Shown: positions 1 through 10,159, counted from the stretch's first letter. The stretch: DNA of 32,000 nt from an uncultured Synechococcus sp. (GCA_964653145.1 CAZZCG010000009.1:37596-69595), one strand, 5' to 3'. Translations and numbers: made by a program. Notes: a model not told the origin generated them from the letters alone.

Positions 1-1602
1 CGTGTCAGCTCCAGACTCAACATCATAATTGCCAGTCCATTCATGCCAGGTACCATTCGCTGGAAAATGAGGAACTGTATAGCCAGCCAAGAAATTACCG
101 GAAAAGTTAGCAATTACGACGATTCTTGAGCCTTGCTCATTCCAGCGCGTATAGGCAAGAACCTGGGAGTTAGGGTCTTCGTGGAAAAAATCAATACTTT
201 CCGTATAAAGGGCCTGGCTATTTTTTCGCAGATGAATCAGTCCTTTATAGTATTCAAGGAGTTCCCGATTTAAATCATTTCCTAACAGATCCCATTCAAT
301 CTTAGATTGCTCTTGAGTGTTATGTTTATATTCACCAAACTCTTCTCCCATCCATATTAACGGTACACCCACTGCTGTCATCAAAACTGCTGCACCTAAT
401 TTGGCACGCTTAAATGCCTCTTCATTAAAAATATTTCGATTAGCTAGTTCTGCCAAGATATGACTGTGATCATGATTAGTCAGATAATTCACTACATTAG
501 TGGCTCCCATAAAACCCTGACGTTTACAGTCAATTACATCCTTAAGTTGTTCGATATCAAACATATCGCCGAAGATATGCCCGGTAATTACACCGCGAAA
601 ACTATCATGCCAGCAACTATCCATAGGACCATCAAAATTTGTGATAGTGGTGGTTTCCGGAATGTATTCAGCAATGTTGTAAAAGGGCTTATCTCCAGCT
701 ATTTTCTTGGTCTCGTCAACGATCCAATGCATAAAGTCATAATTGGCAATTTGTCGAGCGGCATCATAACGAATTCCATCAACATGATATTCCTCAATCC
801 AAAAGCGGACGACATCACCAATGAATTTCCATGCTGGTTTAACACCTAATTTTTCATCATATAATTCATAATTAAATTCTGGCCCCCAGTTATTATCAGG
901 ATCGCGAGGAGAATGGTGATACCAATAATCGTGGTCAATCTGAGTCAAAGGACTAGAGGATTCCGAGTGGTTATAAATACCGTCCATAATGACGCGTATT
1001 CCGCGACCATGACATTCGTCAATCAGTTTTTTTAGCTCGTCTGTCGGCCCATAATTAGATTCTGTCGCAAAAAAGTAACGCGGGTTATAGCCCCAACTAT
1101 ATTCACCCGGATATTCTTTAATCGGCATCATCTCGATTGCATTAATTCCCAGATCAGTCAGAAAGTCTAGTTTTTCGACAACATGCTTATACTTACCTCG
1201 AACATAGCGGTCAGGTTCACCTCCAGAGAAATCTGAAACATGCAATTCATAAATTACTAACTCGCGATCACTGGGCAAGGGTCTATCATCGTGTTGCCAG
1301 ACATAACTATCAACAATGACTGTCCCATTCTTGACTTGAATAATCCCATTTTGACTGGGACTGTCAATCTCCGTAGCGTAGGGATCAACCACTTCTAGCC
1401 ACTGATCCGGTTCAACAAACCAGCTTTTAGATTGCACTCGAAATTTATACTGATAACTGCCATCTTCCAGATCAACATGGGTGCGGAAATAGCCATCTTC
1501 CCCTTTTGACATTGGAATATCTTCCCAGTTAGAAAATGATCCAATTACAGCAACTCCGTTGATGTAGGGGGCAAATAATTGAAACTGAATTGGGTGTGTC
1601 AT
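1..1602 (-). CDS. GH13 alpha-amylase-family glycoside hydrolase with N-terminal CBM48/E-set-like module (3' end runs off the window)
   Basis: Absent from the ORF track because it has no stop inside the window. My reverse-strand translation from the ATG at complement of 1600-1602 reads MTHPIQFQLFAPYINGVAVIGSFSNWEDIPMSKGEDGYF...ELHVSDF...GINAIEMMPIKEYPGEYSWGYNPRYFFA...LIDECHGRGIRVIMDGIYNHSES...VDGIRYDAA...YLTNHDH. These are GH13 conserved regions I, II and IV. The frame stays open to base 1 (534 codons). Confidence 0.85.
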   Translation of the reverse strand, partial: MTHPIQFQLFAPYINGVAVIGSFSNWEDIPMSKGEDGYFRTHVDLEDGSYQYKFRVQSKSWFVEPDQWLEVVDPYATEIDSPSQNGIIQVKNGTVIVDSYVWQHDDRPLPSDRELVIYELHVSDFSGGEPDRYVRGKYKHVVEKLDFLTDLGINAIEMMPIKEYPGEYSWGYNPRYFFATESNYGPTDELKKLIDECHGRGIRVIMDGIYNHSESSSPLTQIDHDYWYHHSPRDPDNNWGPEFNYELYDEKLGVKPAWKFIGDVVRFWIEEYHVDGIRYDAARQIANYDFMHWIVDETKKIAGDKPFYNIAEYIPETTTITNFDGPMDSCWHDSFRGVITGHIFGDMFDIEQLKDVIDCKRQGFMGATNVVNYLTNHDHSHILAELANRNIFNEEAFKRAKLGAAVLMTAVGVPLIWMGEEFGEYKHNTQEQSKIEWDLLGNDLNRELLEYYKGLIHLRKNSQALYTESIDFFHEDPNSQVLAYTRWNEQGSRIVVIANFSGNFLAGYTVPHFPANGTWHEWTGNYDVESGADT

Positions 1603-2465
1603 AAGGTTCCCTTGACTTAAAAGCCAGTGTTAAATTTTCTTCAACTGTACATAAAACTCTTACAAACTGAGAAACTTCGGTCAAATAAGGGGGTCTGGTT
1701 CTTGCTGCCTCAGAACGGGTTGGGCGGTCTGGAGATCAACCATTGAGCTAGCCTGATTAATCAGGGAAATATTCAATCACCCCATCTGGAATCTTTAGCC
1801 TTTCAATTCTATTGTCTATTGATTTATTGAAATTCGGCGGAAAAATTGTCGAGATTCATGAGTGAAAATATCTTGACTGTTTTAGTTTATGTTGGATTTG
1901 CTTTAGAATTCGATTATAAGTTTGAATTATTAACTAGTACTACATAATTAGTGATGAGTTGTTATGGTGAATGAAATTCCATAGCAATTCAACGTCTTTT
2001 AAGAGGCATTAGAAGAAGGTAAAAATTAGGCTGAACGAACTATGGTAGAACCCGCAAGTTAGGGTACTCAATATATTTTTTGCCGCTTTATTTATTCATT
2101 ACCTGAGCTCGTATTAATGATGAGACCCTCTGACAGCCATTCGAATCATTGGTAAAAAGGTCACTCTTCGAGAAACCGGGTGATAAGAGGCACCAGACTC
2201 CTGCACTCTCACGTCCCCGAGACGCAACATGGATGCTTATCATCTCTCGGGAAAAACATTTGGCGAGCAATATCTATTTTGTTTGATTGAAAATAGATGA
2301 CCACAGTTCATCTTCAGGCAAGCAAAGCCCCTACATACTACAGAATCAGCGACTCACCTTACTGACAATAAATTAATTAACCTTTTGAGTTAATTTGACA
2401 AGATTAAAAATTAAAAACAGGATTAGCTAGGGTATCACGTTAAGTTTAGACCGAAAAGTGAAGTT

Positions 2466-3476
2466 TCAAGCTTCAAATTCAGAACCCCAACGAAAAATAG
2501 CTGAACCCCAGGTTAAACCTGCCCCAAACCCTGCAGTGGCGATGACGTGGCCTGGTTTTATCTTGCCTTGAATCACAGACTCTGCCAAAGCTAAGGGGAT
2601 TGAAGCCGCTGAGGTATTGCCATAGTTGGCTAAGTTACTAATGACTTTTTCCTTGGGAATTCCTAAGCGTTGGGCGACGGAGTCTAAAATCCGTTGATTC
2701 GCCTGATGGAGGACTAGCCAATCAAGATCCGCCGCTGTTAAATTAGCGCGATGGAGGGTTTTGGTGATCACTTCCGGGACTTGGGTCACGGCAAAGCGAT
2801 AGATTTCCTGGCCGTTCATATAAATCGGTTGATATTTCCCTTGGCCAATTTTGGTATGCACCAGAGATTGAGGTTCCGAGTTAAATGCCAAGGTTAAATG
2901 GTGATTGAGTTGACCGTCGCTGCGTAGTTCAAACCCAAGAAGCGCATTTTCTCTATGCGGAGTAGCTTCCATAATCATGGCGCCAGCCCCGTCACCAAAC
3001 AAGATGCAGGTGCGCCGATCTGTCCAATCTACCCAGCGAGAAAGGATATCTGCTCCAATCACCAAGGCCCGGCGATAGGTTCCGGTTTGTAAATATTGAG
3101 CGGCGGTCACCAGGCCAAAAATAAATCCAGAACAGGCTGCTGTTAGATCAAAGGCCACGGCATGGGTCGCCCCAATTTTGGCCTGAATTAAACTGGCACT
3201 CCCAAATAAATCATCGGGAGTTGAGGTGGCCAGGATGACTAAATCTATTGTGGTCGGATCAATCTTGGCCTGGGTGAGGGCATTTTGGGCAGCAGTGGTG
3301 GCCAGTTCCGTTAGGGTGATGTCTGGAGTAGAAATCCGGCGCTGAGAAATTCCAGTGCGGCTTTGAATCCACTCATCCGAAGTGTCAACTAAAGTTGTCA
3401 GGTCTTGATTACTCAGGGAAACAGGGGGCGTGGCGGCTCCAATACCAATAAAATTCACGCCAAAGGGCAACTCCAC
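2466..3476 (-). CDS. fabH: 3-oxoacyl-ACP synthase III (KAS III)
   Basis: 336-aa ORF with AACSGF (active-site Cys), HQANQRI and NYGNTSAAS motifs. The start shares base 3476 with the plsX stop, giving the classic plsX-fabH order. Confidence 0.95.
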   Translation of the reverse strand: MELPFGVNFIGIGAATPPVSLSNQDLTTLVDTSDEWIQSRTGISQRRISTPDITLTELATTAAQNALTQAKIDPTTIDLVILATSTPDDLFGSASLIQAKIGATHAVAFDLTAACSGFIFGLVTAAQYLQTGTYRRALVIGADILSRWVDWTDRRTCILFGDGAGAMIMEATPHRENALLGFELRSDGQLNHHLTLAFNSEPQSLVHTKIGQGKYQPIYMNGQEIYRFAVTQVPEVITKTLHRANLTAADLDWLVLHQANQRILDSVAQRLGIPKEKVISNLANYGNTSAASIPLALAESVIQGKIKPGHVIATAGFGAGLTWGSAIFRWGSEFEA

Positions 3477-4501
3477 TAATCTCCCTCTCCGACGACACTG
3501 GATGCTTGATAACAGGCCTGGATGCGTTGGGAAACTTGATGTTCAACAGCTTCCTGGGCCAAGCGAATCGCATTAAAAATCGACGGGGCCTGGGCACTGC
3601 CATGACTAATAATGCAAATTCCATCGACACCGAGGAGCAACCCACCGCCGTGTTCCGCGTGATCAATCCGTTGCTTAATGTTGCGGAGGTTGGGCCGTAA
3701 AAGTGCTGTGCCTAGGCGACCCCGCCAGCCTTTGGGCAGTTCTTCCCGGAGAATTTGGACAAGTACCCCACCGAGGGATTCCGCAAATTTGAGCAGGACA
3801 TTACCAACAAAGCCATCACAGACGACGACATCAAACTGCCCAGACATGACATCACGACCTTCGGCATTACCCAAGAAACTAATCCGGGGGTTATCCCGTA
3901 ACAAGCTATGGGCCTGGAGGGCAAGATCATTGCCTTTCGTATCTTCTTCGCCAATATTCAGCAGGCCAACTTTGGGGTCTTCAACACCAAGAACAAATTG
4001 GCTGTAGATCGAACCCATCAGGGCAAATTGCTCTAGGTAACGAGGTTTACAATCTACGTTGGCCCCGACATCTAAAATCAAAACAGATTTACTGGGTAGC
4101 AAAGTCGGAAACATCGCCCCAATGGCCGGTCGGTCAATACCGGGAAGTTTCCCCAAGCGCAAAAGAGCTGCTGCCATCGCCGCCCCGGAGTGTCCCGCCG
4201 AAACTACGGCATCTGCTTCCCCCTTTTTAACTAAGCTCATGGCCACATTAATTGAGGCATTGGGCTTCCGACGCAGGGCAATTAGGGGTTCCTCGTGCAT
4301 TTCCACCACATCGGCGGCGGCCACGATCTTTAAGTTAATTCCGCTTTCATGTTCATCAAGATACCGCTGGATTGGGTCAGGGTCGCCCACCAGGATAATG
4401 TCCGCTGCTAACTCCGCTTGGGCCCGAATCGCACCCGCAACGATCTCATCGGGGGCATAGTCGCCACCCATAGCATCTACCGCAATCCGTGGACGAGTCA
4501 T
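3476..4501 (-). CDS. plsX: phosphate acyltransferase PlsX
   Basis: 341-aa ORF. The N-terminus MTRPRIAVDAMGGDYAP and the SAGHSGA motif are typical of PlsX. It lies directly upstream of fabH. Confidence 0.95.
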   Translation of the reverse strand: MTRPRIAVDAMGGDYAPDEIVAGAIRAQAELAADIILVGDPDPIQRYLDEHESGINLKIVAAADVVEMHEEPLIALRRKPNASINVAMSLVKKGEADAVVSAGHSGAAMAAALLRLGKLPGIDRPAIGAMFPTLLPSKSVLILDVGANVDCKPRYLEQFALMGSIYSQFVLGVEDPKVGLLNIGEEDTKGNDLALQAHSLLRDNPRISFLGNAEGRDVMSGQFDVVVCDGFVGNVLLKFAESLGGVLVQILREELPKGWRGRLGTALLRPNLRNIKQRIDHAEHGGGLLLGVDGICIISHGSAQAPSIFNAIRLAQEAVEHQVSQRIQACYQASSVVGEGD

Positions 4502-4578
4502 TCCTAAACTCTTGTGACAAAATCCTTCAGAATTTTAGCAGATGAACTTCCCCTCCCTTGCACTTTTGGCTGAGATTC

Positions 4579-5883
4579 ATGACAGCATCTCCCGACTTTT
4601 CCGCTGATTTTCCCAGGCCAGGCCAAGGGCCCTTACTCAGGCAAATTGCCCCGGAACACCAAACGGTCTGGCTTGCAGAGCAGGAAACCACCGTAATTGG
4701 GCGGGATCCACAAGCCTGCCAGGTTGTCCTAGATTCCCAGCGCTATGGATCCGTTTCGCGGCACCATGTTTGTTTACGGCCGGGCTCCTCAATCACTCAG
4801 CCCTGGGTTTGGCAAATTGAAGACCTGAACAGCATCAACGGAACATTTTTGAACAATCGCCGGATTTCGGCCCCCCACCCTTTAATTCCAGGTGATCGGT
4901 TTCGGTTGGGCACTGAGGGGCCGGAATTTGAATTTACCTATGTGTCTGCCACTGAAATTCCCGCCACCATTCTGCGTTCCCCCGTCAGTAGTTTGACGCT
5001 TTCCCAGTTGATGCCCCTGCTGGCCGCTGGTCAGGATTTGGCCCGCAAAGCCTATTTGATGCCGGGAATGGTGACGGTGTTGGCGGTGATTTTGTTGTTT
5101 ATGACCACAGCCCAAGGGGAACTGTTCAAGGTAGTGCTGGCGATTTATCTGGGCCTGGCCGGCTATTACTTTGTCTATCAACTCTGTGGTAAACCAAAAC
5201 CAATTTGGGTCTTGGCGGCGGCGATGGGGTTAGAAATTTTGCTGATTCGCTCCCCTATGGCTTTTGGCCTGGCCTGGTTTTTTCGTCAAGTCTTACCCGG
5301 CACCGTGAATCCAGCCCAGATGAATGTGGGGCAGCAATTTGTTGGTTATTTCTTTGGTGCGGGGTTAATGGAGGAGTTACTCAAGGCAATTCCGGTTTTC
5401 CTGGCCTGGGGCCTGGGGCGATTGCTGCGGTCTCCGAGACGGGAACAGGTGGGGGTTTGGGAACCACTGGATGGGATTTTGCTAGGCACGGCGGCGGCCC
5501 TAGGCTTTACTTGGCTCGAAACCCTGGGGCAATATGTTCCCAACTTGGCCAGCCAAACCGGAGACTTAACTGCATTGCAGGTGCTGATTCCCCGGGTCAT
5601 TGGTTCGGTGGCCGGACACATGGCCTATAGTGGCTATTTTGGCTATTGCATTGGCTTGAGTGTGCTGTATCCGAGACATCGCTGGTTTTTGCTGGGTTTA
5701 GGCTGGTTGGTAGCAGCTTTAATCCATGCCCTTTGGAATACTTCAGCCACCAGTTTTGGGCCGCTGGGTTTGGTCGGAGTCGGAATTCTGGCCTATGCCC
5801 TCCTCACCGCCACAATTCTTAAGGCTAGGCAACTCTCACCGAATCGCGCCCTCAACTTTGCAACCCGCTTCTATGAACGTTAA
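4579..5883 (+). CDS. FHA-domain / PrsW-like polytopic membrane protease fusion protein
   Basis: The ORF track starts at TTG 4558; I prefer ATG 4579 (MTASPDF...). The N-terminal FHA pattern is TVIGRD...VSRHH...NSINGTFLNNRRI...GDRFRLG. It is followed by multiple hydrophobic helices carrying MEELLK and HALWN motifs (EExxK / HxxxN, as in the PrsW family). Confidence 0.7.
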   Translation: MTASPDFSADFPRPGQGPLLRQIAPEHQTVWLAEQETTVIGRDPQACQVVLDSQRYGSVSRHHVCLRPGSSITQPWVWQIEDLNSINGTFLNNRRISAPHPLIPGDRFRLGTEGPEFEFTYVSATEIPATILRSPVSSLTLSQLMPLLAAGQDLARKAYLMPGMVTVLAVILLFMTTAQGELFKVVLAIYLGLAGYYFVYQLCGKPKPIWVLAAAMGLEILLIRSPMAFGLAWFFRQVLPGTVNPAQMNVGQQFVGYFFGAGLMEELLKAIPVFLAWGLGRLLRSPRREQVGVWEPLDGILLGTAAALGFTWLETLGQYVPNLASQTGDLTALQVLIPRVIGSVAGHMAYSGYFGYCIGLSVLYPRHRWFLLGLGWLVAALIHALWNTSATSFGPLGLVGVGILAYALLTATILKARQLSPNRALNFATRFYER

Positions 5884-6658
5884 TCCTAACCCCCAGGCCT
5901 GGCGGTACATCCCCCCAATCACAGCCCCAGGCCTCGTCCAGATGGCTATTGATACTTGGCTATGGGAGCAACATCATCTTGGCCAACACCCCTCCTGTTT
6001 GCGGTTCTATCATTGGCAGCCCGCCGCAATTTCCTATGGCTATCATCAAACCGACCTACCGGAACATTGGCACACCTTGGCCTGGGGGGAAACGCACTTA
6101 GATGTGGTTAGACGGCCCACTGGGGGACGGGCTGTTTTGCACCAAGGAGATTTAACCTATGCTCTAGTCACAACCCTACCCAAGCTTTCCCGTCGCCAGG
6201 CCTATGGGCTGTTGTCGCAATTTTTGATTCAGGGCTGTCAACGTTTAGGAATGGAACTGAGACTGGGATCTGATTTTCGCAACTATCAACGTCATGTCAA
6301 CTGTTTTGCCTCCGCAACCCATGCTGATTTGGTTTTAGATGACGGTTACAAACTCATTGGCAGTGCCCAGGCCTGGAAAGGGTCAACGGTTCTCCAACAT
6401 GGTTCAATCCGACTGAATCCCGATCCTAGGCTGTGGCAAGAGGTTTTCCAGGCCCCGCTGACCACCACAACTCTTTCCCTGCCCTCAGAAGCAACATTGA
6501 TGTCTTCCTTGACCGCGGCTTTAACTGATGTCTTCCAGGCCCCCCTCATTGAGAACGCGATGACCGCAAGGGAGTGGCAAGAAATTCAACAACAGTCGAG
6601 AACATCCTGGGATTTGGTCGAGATGGATGCTTTGTATTGTCCTGCCGGGCAAAATTGA
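5873..6658 (+). CDS. lipoate/octanoate-protein ligase family protein (BPL_LplA_LipB-type catalytic domain)
   Basis: The track ORF begins at 5726 inside the upstream gene. The first plausible start is ATG 5873 (MNVNPNPQAW...), which overlaps the upstream stop by 11 nt. RRPTGGRAVLHQGDLTYALV and YKLIGSAQAWK resemble the LplA/LipB core (RRxxGGxAVxH ... KxxGxAQ). Confidence 0.65.
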   Translation: MNVNPNPQAWRYIPPITAPGLVQMAIDTWLWEQHHLGQHPSCLRFYHWQPAAISYGYHQTDLPEHWHTLAWGETHLDVVRRPTGGRAVLHQGDLTYALVTTLPKLSRRQAYGLLSQFLIQGCQRLGMELRLGSDFRNYQRHVNCFASATHADLVLDDGYKLIGSAQAWKGSTVLQHGSIRLNPDPRLWQEVFQAPLTTTTLSLPSEATLMSSLTAALTDVFQAPLIENAMTAREWQEIQQQSRTSWDLVEMDALYCPAGQN

Positions 6659-6783
6659 AATACCCAATGACAGAACTCCTCAGGGTTATCAGGTTTTTTA
6701 TTGCCTACCCATGCAAAATGACGATGATGACCCCAGGTTGATTGCTTAAATGCACTGGCGAACAACGGTAAATCTATTTGAGA

Positions 6784-7212
6784 CTACCATCGCCAGTATT
6801 TTTTCCCTTTCCAGAAAACACCAACAACCATCCCGACCAATATATTTTGATTGATGCCCAATAAACTAGAGGGAACATTCGCAAAATCGGAAATTAGGGA
6901 CACAATAATCATCAGGACTAGCAGACATAAAACTAGGCCCCAGAGTGTGCTGGCATAGATGGCTCCAGGGGAAAAAAACGTCTCCAATAGCCAAACTGAT
7001 ACTGCCCCCAGGCCAATACTCAGCAGAATAATCAAGATCAAGCCCCAGGGCGGTGAAAAGATTAGATCAATCCAAGATTGCGACTGAGGCACGTAACTGT
7101 AGGTGGAAATAAAAACTAAGTCAAAAATTTTACCCAGGGTGACAGTCACCACGGCGGTGGAAATGAGGGGTATCCAAGGGAGTGATTTGAAGCTTTGCCA
7201 TGGATCAAACAT
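6784..7212 (-). CDS. small multi-pass membrane protein, unknown function
   Basis: 142-aa ORF with about 4 hydrophobic segments. It contains one copy of the host heptamer (CCAGGCC at 7010-7016). No recognisable catalytic motif. Confidence 0.5.
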   Translation of the reverse strand: MFDPWQSFKSLPWIPLISTAVVTVTLGKIFDLVFISTYSYVPQSQSWIDLIFSPPWGLILIILLSIGLGAVSVWLLETFFSPGAIYASTLWGLVLCLLVLMIIVSLISDFANVPSSLLGINQNILVGMVVGVFWKGKKYWRW

Positions 7213-7225
7213 ATTGATGACGCTC

Positions 7226-9799
7226 TTATTTAGCTAGAACAAAGTTAATGAGTTTACCGGGCACAACAATCACCTTTTTCACGGTTTGGTCTGCTAGGTA
7301 GCGCGCCCCAACTTCAGAGTTTTTTGCATAGGCTTCTAGCTCCTCGGCACTGGCCTGGGCGGGAACTTGAATCACCCCGCGAGTTTTACCCATCACCTGA
7401 ATCACTAGGGAAATTTCATCGGCCACTAGGGCAGTTGGATCAACACTGGGCCAGGCCTGGAGATGAATAGATTTTTGATGGTTTTGATTGGGTAACTGCT
7501 GCCACAGGTCTTCAGCAATGTGTGGGGCAAACGGTGACAGCAACAGCAACAGCGTTTCAATTCCCTCTTGATAGATTGGACTGGCAATTAAATCCGCCCC
7601 ATCACCCAGGGCATTACTCAACTTCATTAACTCCGAAATCGCAGTGTTGAACTGATAATCCGTCGCTAAATCCTCGCTAATTTCGTGAATTGCAGTGTGA
7701 ATTGCCCGACGAAGCTTTTTCTCATCAGGACTCAACTCAGAACTGGGGGCTTGAACTTGAGGATTTTTTTCAACATAGCCCGTGACCAACCGCCAAACTC
7801 GATTTAAGAAGCGAAACTGTCCTTCCACATCGGCATCATCCCACTCCAAATCTTTTTCGGGAGGGGCTTTGAACAAAATAAACATCCGGGCTGTATCTGC
7901 ACCATATTTTTCAATCACATCCCCCGGCGCGACACCGTTGTGTTTAGACTTGGACATTTTTTCATAGACCACATCCAAGGCAATCCCCGACTCGGGATCA
8001 ACAGGATTTGCCGGATCTTTGACGAGGCTGGGAATCACATATTTACCCGTTTGTGGGTTTTTGTAGGTTTTCCCCTGCACCATGCCCTGGGTTAGTAACC
8101 GCTGAAAGGGTTCACCAAAGTTGATCAGGCCCCGATCCTTGAGGACTTTTGTAAAAAAGCGGGAGTAAAGTAAATGTAAAATCGCGTGTTCAATGCCACC
8201 AACATACTGATCCACGGGCAACCAATCGTTCACTAATTCGGAACTAAACGGGGCCTGGTCATTTCGGGCATCGGCATAGCGCAGGAAATACCACGAGGAA
8301 TCAATAAACGTATCCATGGTGTCCGTTTCCCGCTTGGCTGGTTGACCGCAGCTAGGACATGGGACATTCACCCAATCCTCCAGTTGTGCCAGTGGAGAAG
8401 CGCCCCGACCAGTGAATTCGACATTTTCTGGTAAGACTACGGGTAAATCTGCTTCCGGTACCGGCACTGCACCACAATCGGGACAATGGATCACCGGAAT
8501 TGGTACACCCCAATAGCGTTGACGCGAAATGAGCCAATCCCGCAAGCGGTACTGAATTCGGGCCTTGCCCCAGCCTTTTGACTCGGCAAACTTAATAATT
8601 TCGTTTTTGGCAACGGCGGACTCAAGACCATCAAACTCCCCAGAATTGATCAGGATTCCTGGGTCGGTGTAGGCCTGATCCAATTTCACCAACTCTGGCC
8701 TGGCAGGGATAATTACTGTTGTGAGGGATAACTGATTCTGTTGGGCAAATTCATAATCCCGTTGATCGTGGGCCGGTACTCCCATCACTGCCCCAGTCCC
8801 GTACTCCACTAAGACATAATCGGCAATCCAGATGGGAATTTCTTCACCGGTAAAGGGGTTGATTGCACTTCCTCCTGTCGCCAGGCCCCGTTTTGGTTTA
8901 TCTTCGGCTGTCCGTTCTAGTTCCGATTCATGGCTAATGGATTCAATAAATTCCGTTACCTTGGCCTGGTTTGCGGGGGTAGTCACGGTCTGCGTCAAGG
9001 GATGTTCAGGAGCTAAAACCACATAGGTGACGCCAAACACTGTATCGGGTCGAGTCGTAAACACCCCAATTTTTTGATCAGAGCCGACAATCGGAAACTC
9101 CAAATACGCCCCCGTCGATTTGCCGATCCAGTTGGCCTGCATCAGTTTCACCCGTTCTGGCCAGCCGGTGAGGGTTTCTAAATCCTGTAACAGAGCCTCG
9201 GCATAGTCCGTAATTTTCAAAAACCATTGCCGCAGGAGTTTCCGCTCCACAATGGCCCCGGATCGCCAGGATCGCCCTTCACTGTCCACCTGTTCATTGG
9301 CCAAAACCGTTTGATCAATGGGATCCCAGTTCACCGCGGCTTCTTTTTGGTACGCTAACCCGGCCTGGAAAAACTGCAGAAACAGCCATTGTGTCCAGCG
9401 ATAATAGTCCGGGCGGCAGGTGGCCACTTCCCGCGACCAATCATAGGACAGCCCCAACCGTTTCAATTGGGTTTGCATCTGGGCAATGTTGGCCTCTGTC
9501 CATTGGGCTGGCGGAATTCCCCGTTCAATGGCGGCATTTTCGGCCGGCAAGCCAAAGGCATCCCACCCCATTGGATGTAGAACCCGATAGCCCTGCATTT
9601 TTTTGACCCGCGCAATCACATCAGTAATCGTGTAATTCCGGACATGGCCCATGTGGAGATTACCTGAGGGGTAGGGAAACATGGAGAGGGCATAAAATTT
9701 CGGCTGACTGGTATCCGTTCCCGTTAAATCTAAGCCAGACTCCTGCCAACAGGCCTGCCATTTGGGTTCAATGTCCTGGGGCTGATACCGATTCTCCAC
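7226..9799 (-). CDS. leuS: leucine--tRNA ligase
   Basis: 857-aa ORF with the class I signatures NLHMGH (HIGH-type) and KMSKS. It has LeuRS-typical length and an editing-domain insertion. Confidence 0.97.
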   Translation of the reverse strand: MENRYQPQDIEPKWQACWQESGLDLTGTDTSQPKFYALSMFPYPSGNLHMGHVRNYTITDVIARVKKMQGYRVLHPMGWDAFGLPAENAAIERGIPPAQWTEANIAQMQTQLKRLGLSYDWSREVATCRPDYYRWTQWLFLQFFQAGLAYQKEAAVNWDPIDQTVLANEQVDSEGRSWRSGAIVERKLLRQWFLKITDYAEALLQDLETLTGWPERVKLMQANWIGKSTGAYLEFPIVGSDQKIGVFTTRPDTVFGVTYVVLAPEHPLTQTVTTPANQAKVTEFIESISHESELERTAEDKPKRGLATGGSAINPFTGEEIPIWIADYVLVEYGTGAVMGVPAHDQRDYEFAQQNQLSLTTVIIPARPELVKLDQAYTDPGILINSGEFDGLESAVAKNEIIKFAESKGWGKARIQYRLRDWLISRQRYWGVPIPVIHCPDCGAVPVPEADLPVVLPENVEFTGRGASPLAQLEDWVNVPCPSCGQPAKRETDTMDTFIDSSWYFLRYADARNDQAPFSSELVNDWLPVDQYVGGIEHAILHLLYSRFFTKVLKDRGLINFGEPFQRLLTQGMVQGKTYKNPQTGKYVIPSLVKDPANPVDPESGIALDVVYEKMSKSKHNGVAPGDVIEKYGADTARMFILFKAPPEKDLEWDDADVEGQFRFLNRVWRLVTGYVEKNPQVQAPSSELSPDEKKLRRAIHTAIHEISEDLATDYQFNTAISELMKLSNALGDGADLIASPIYQEGIETLLLLLSPFAPHIAEDLWQQLPNQNHQKSIHLQAWPSVDPTALVADEISLVIQVMGKTRGVIQVPAQASAEELEAYAKNSEVGARYLADQTVKKVIVVPGKLINFVLAK

Positions 9800-10015
9800 G
9801 GGTAATTCCTAATTTTGCAGTAAACATGAAAGGTCTAGGTTCTAGGGTACAGGCTCCAGGGAAAAGTTTGGCAGTAGGACAAGGGCGCAGGGCATTGCCA
9901 CTCAACCCTAAACAGGCCCCACTCACCAGGATTTTGTCAGAAACATAATTCCGGCCCTGCCCTCACTAAATTTTCTACGGGCTGAAAGGGTAATTTTGTT
10001 CCCACGATAATAGAT

Positions 10016-10159
10016 ATGGCTAGACTAGAAGCAGTTGAATGGCTCTTTCTGATGCCCCAGACCAACATTAACGAAGCAAAAGCCGATCTTTCAACTTTGA
10101 TTGATGCTGCACTGGTGGGAGAAGAAGCCAATACCTTGTTTTATGGTGAGTCTGAGTGA
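10016..10159 (+). pseudogene. shortened Phd/YefM-type antitoxin remnant
   Basis: Hand translation gives MARLEAVEWLFLMPQTNINEAKADLSTLIDAALVGEEANTLFYGESE*. The segment MPQTNINEAKADLSTLIDAALVGEE matches the N-terminal consensus of Phd/YefM-type VapB antitoxins, but the protein ends about 40 aa early. Its stop overlaps a GTG (GTGA) that opens the PIN remnant. Confidence 0.5.

Noticed and set aside
460-849. 129-aa plus-strand ORF from the track
   Set aside because: It lies antisense inside the clearly coding GH13 gene (GH13 motifs on the minus strand). Its sequence has no protein-like features, so it is a shadow ORF.
1873-2082. Possible plus-strand sRNA (promoter-like TTGGAT-17-TATAAG at 1892-1920, T-run at 2076-2081)
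   Set aside because: The stem preceding the T-run is only 3-4 bp with a bulge and sits about 8 nt from the T-run. This is too weak to annotate, so it is mentioned only within the spacer finding.
2117-2124. ATGATGAG resembling the hammerhead ribozyme CUGAUGA core
   Set aside because: It has no stem II hairpin followed by a properly placed GAAA, and no flanking helices I/III. This is a chance match.
2088-2270. 60-aa minus-strand ORF
   Set aside because: It has a Cys/Arg/Ser-rich non-protein-like sequence, no RBS and no homology I recognise. The region is better explained as a structured or GC-rich non-coding element (see finding).
3409-4460. Several 64-133-aa ORFs on both strands (3409-3666, 3506-3700, 3678-4007, 3712-3954, 4059-4460)
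   Set aside because: All are nested in or antisense to plsX/fabH, which have unambiguous family motifs. They are typical GC-rich shadow frames.
9937-10131. 64-aa minus-strand ORF
   Set aside because: It is antisense to the Phd-like remnant, which has a recognisable antitoxin N-terminus. There is no independent support.
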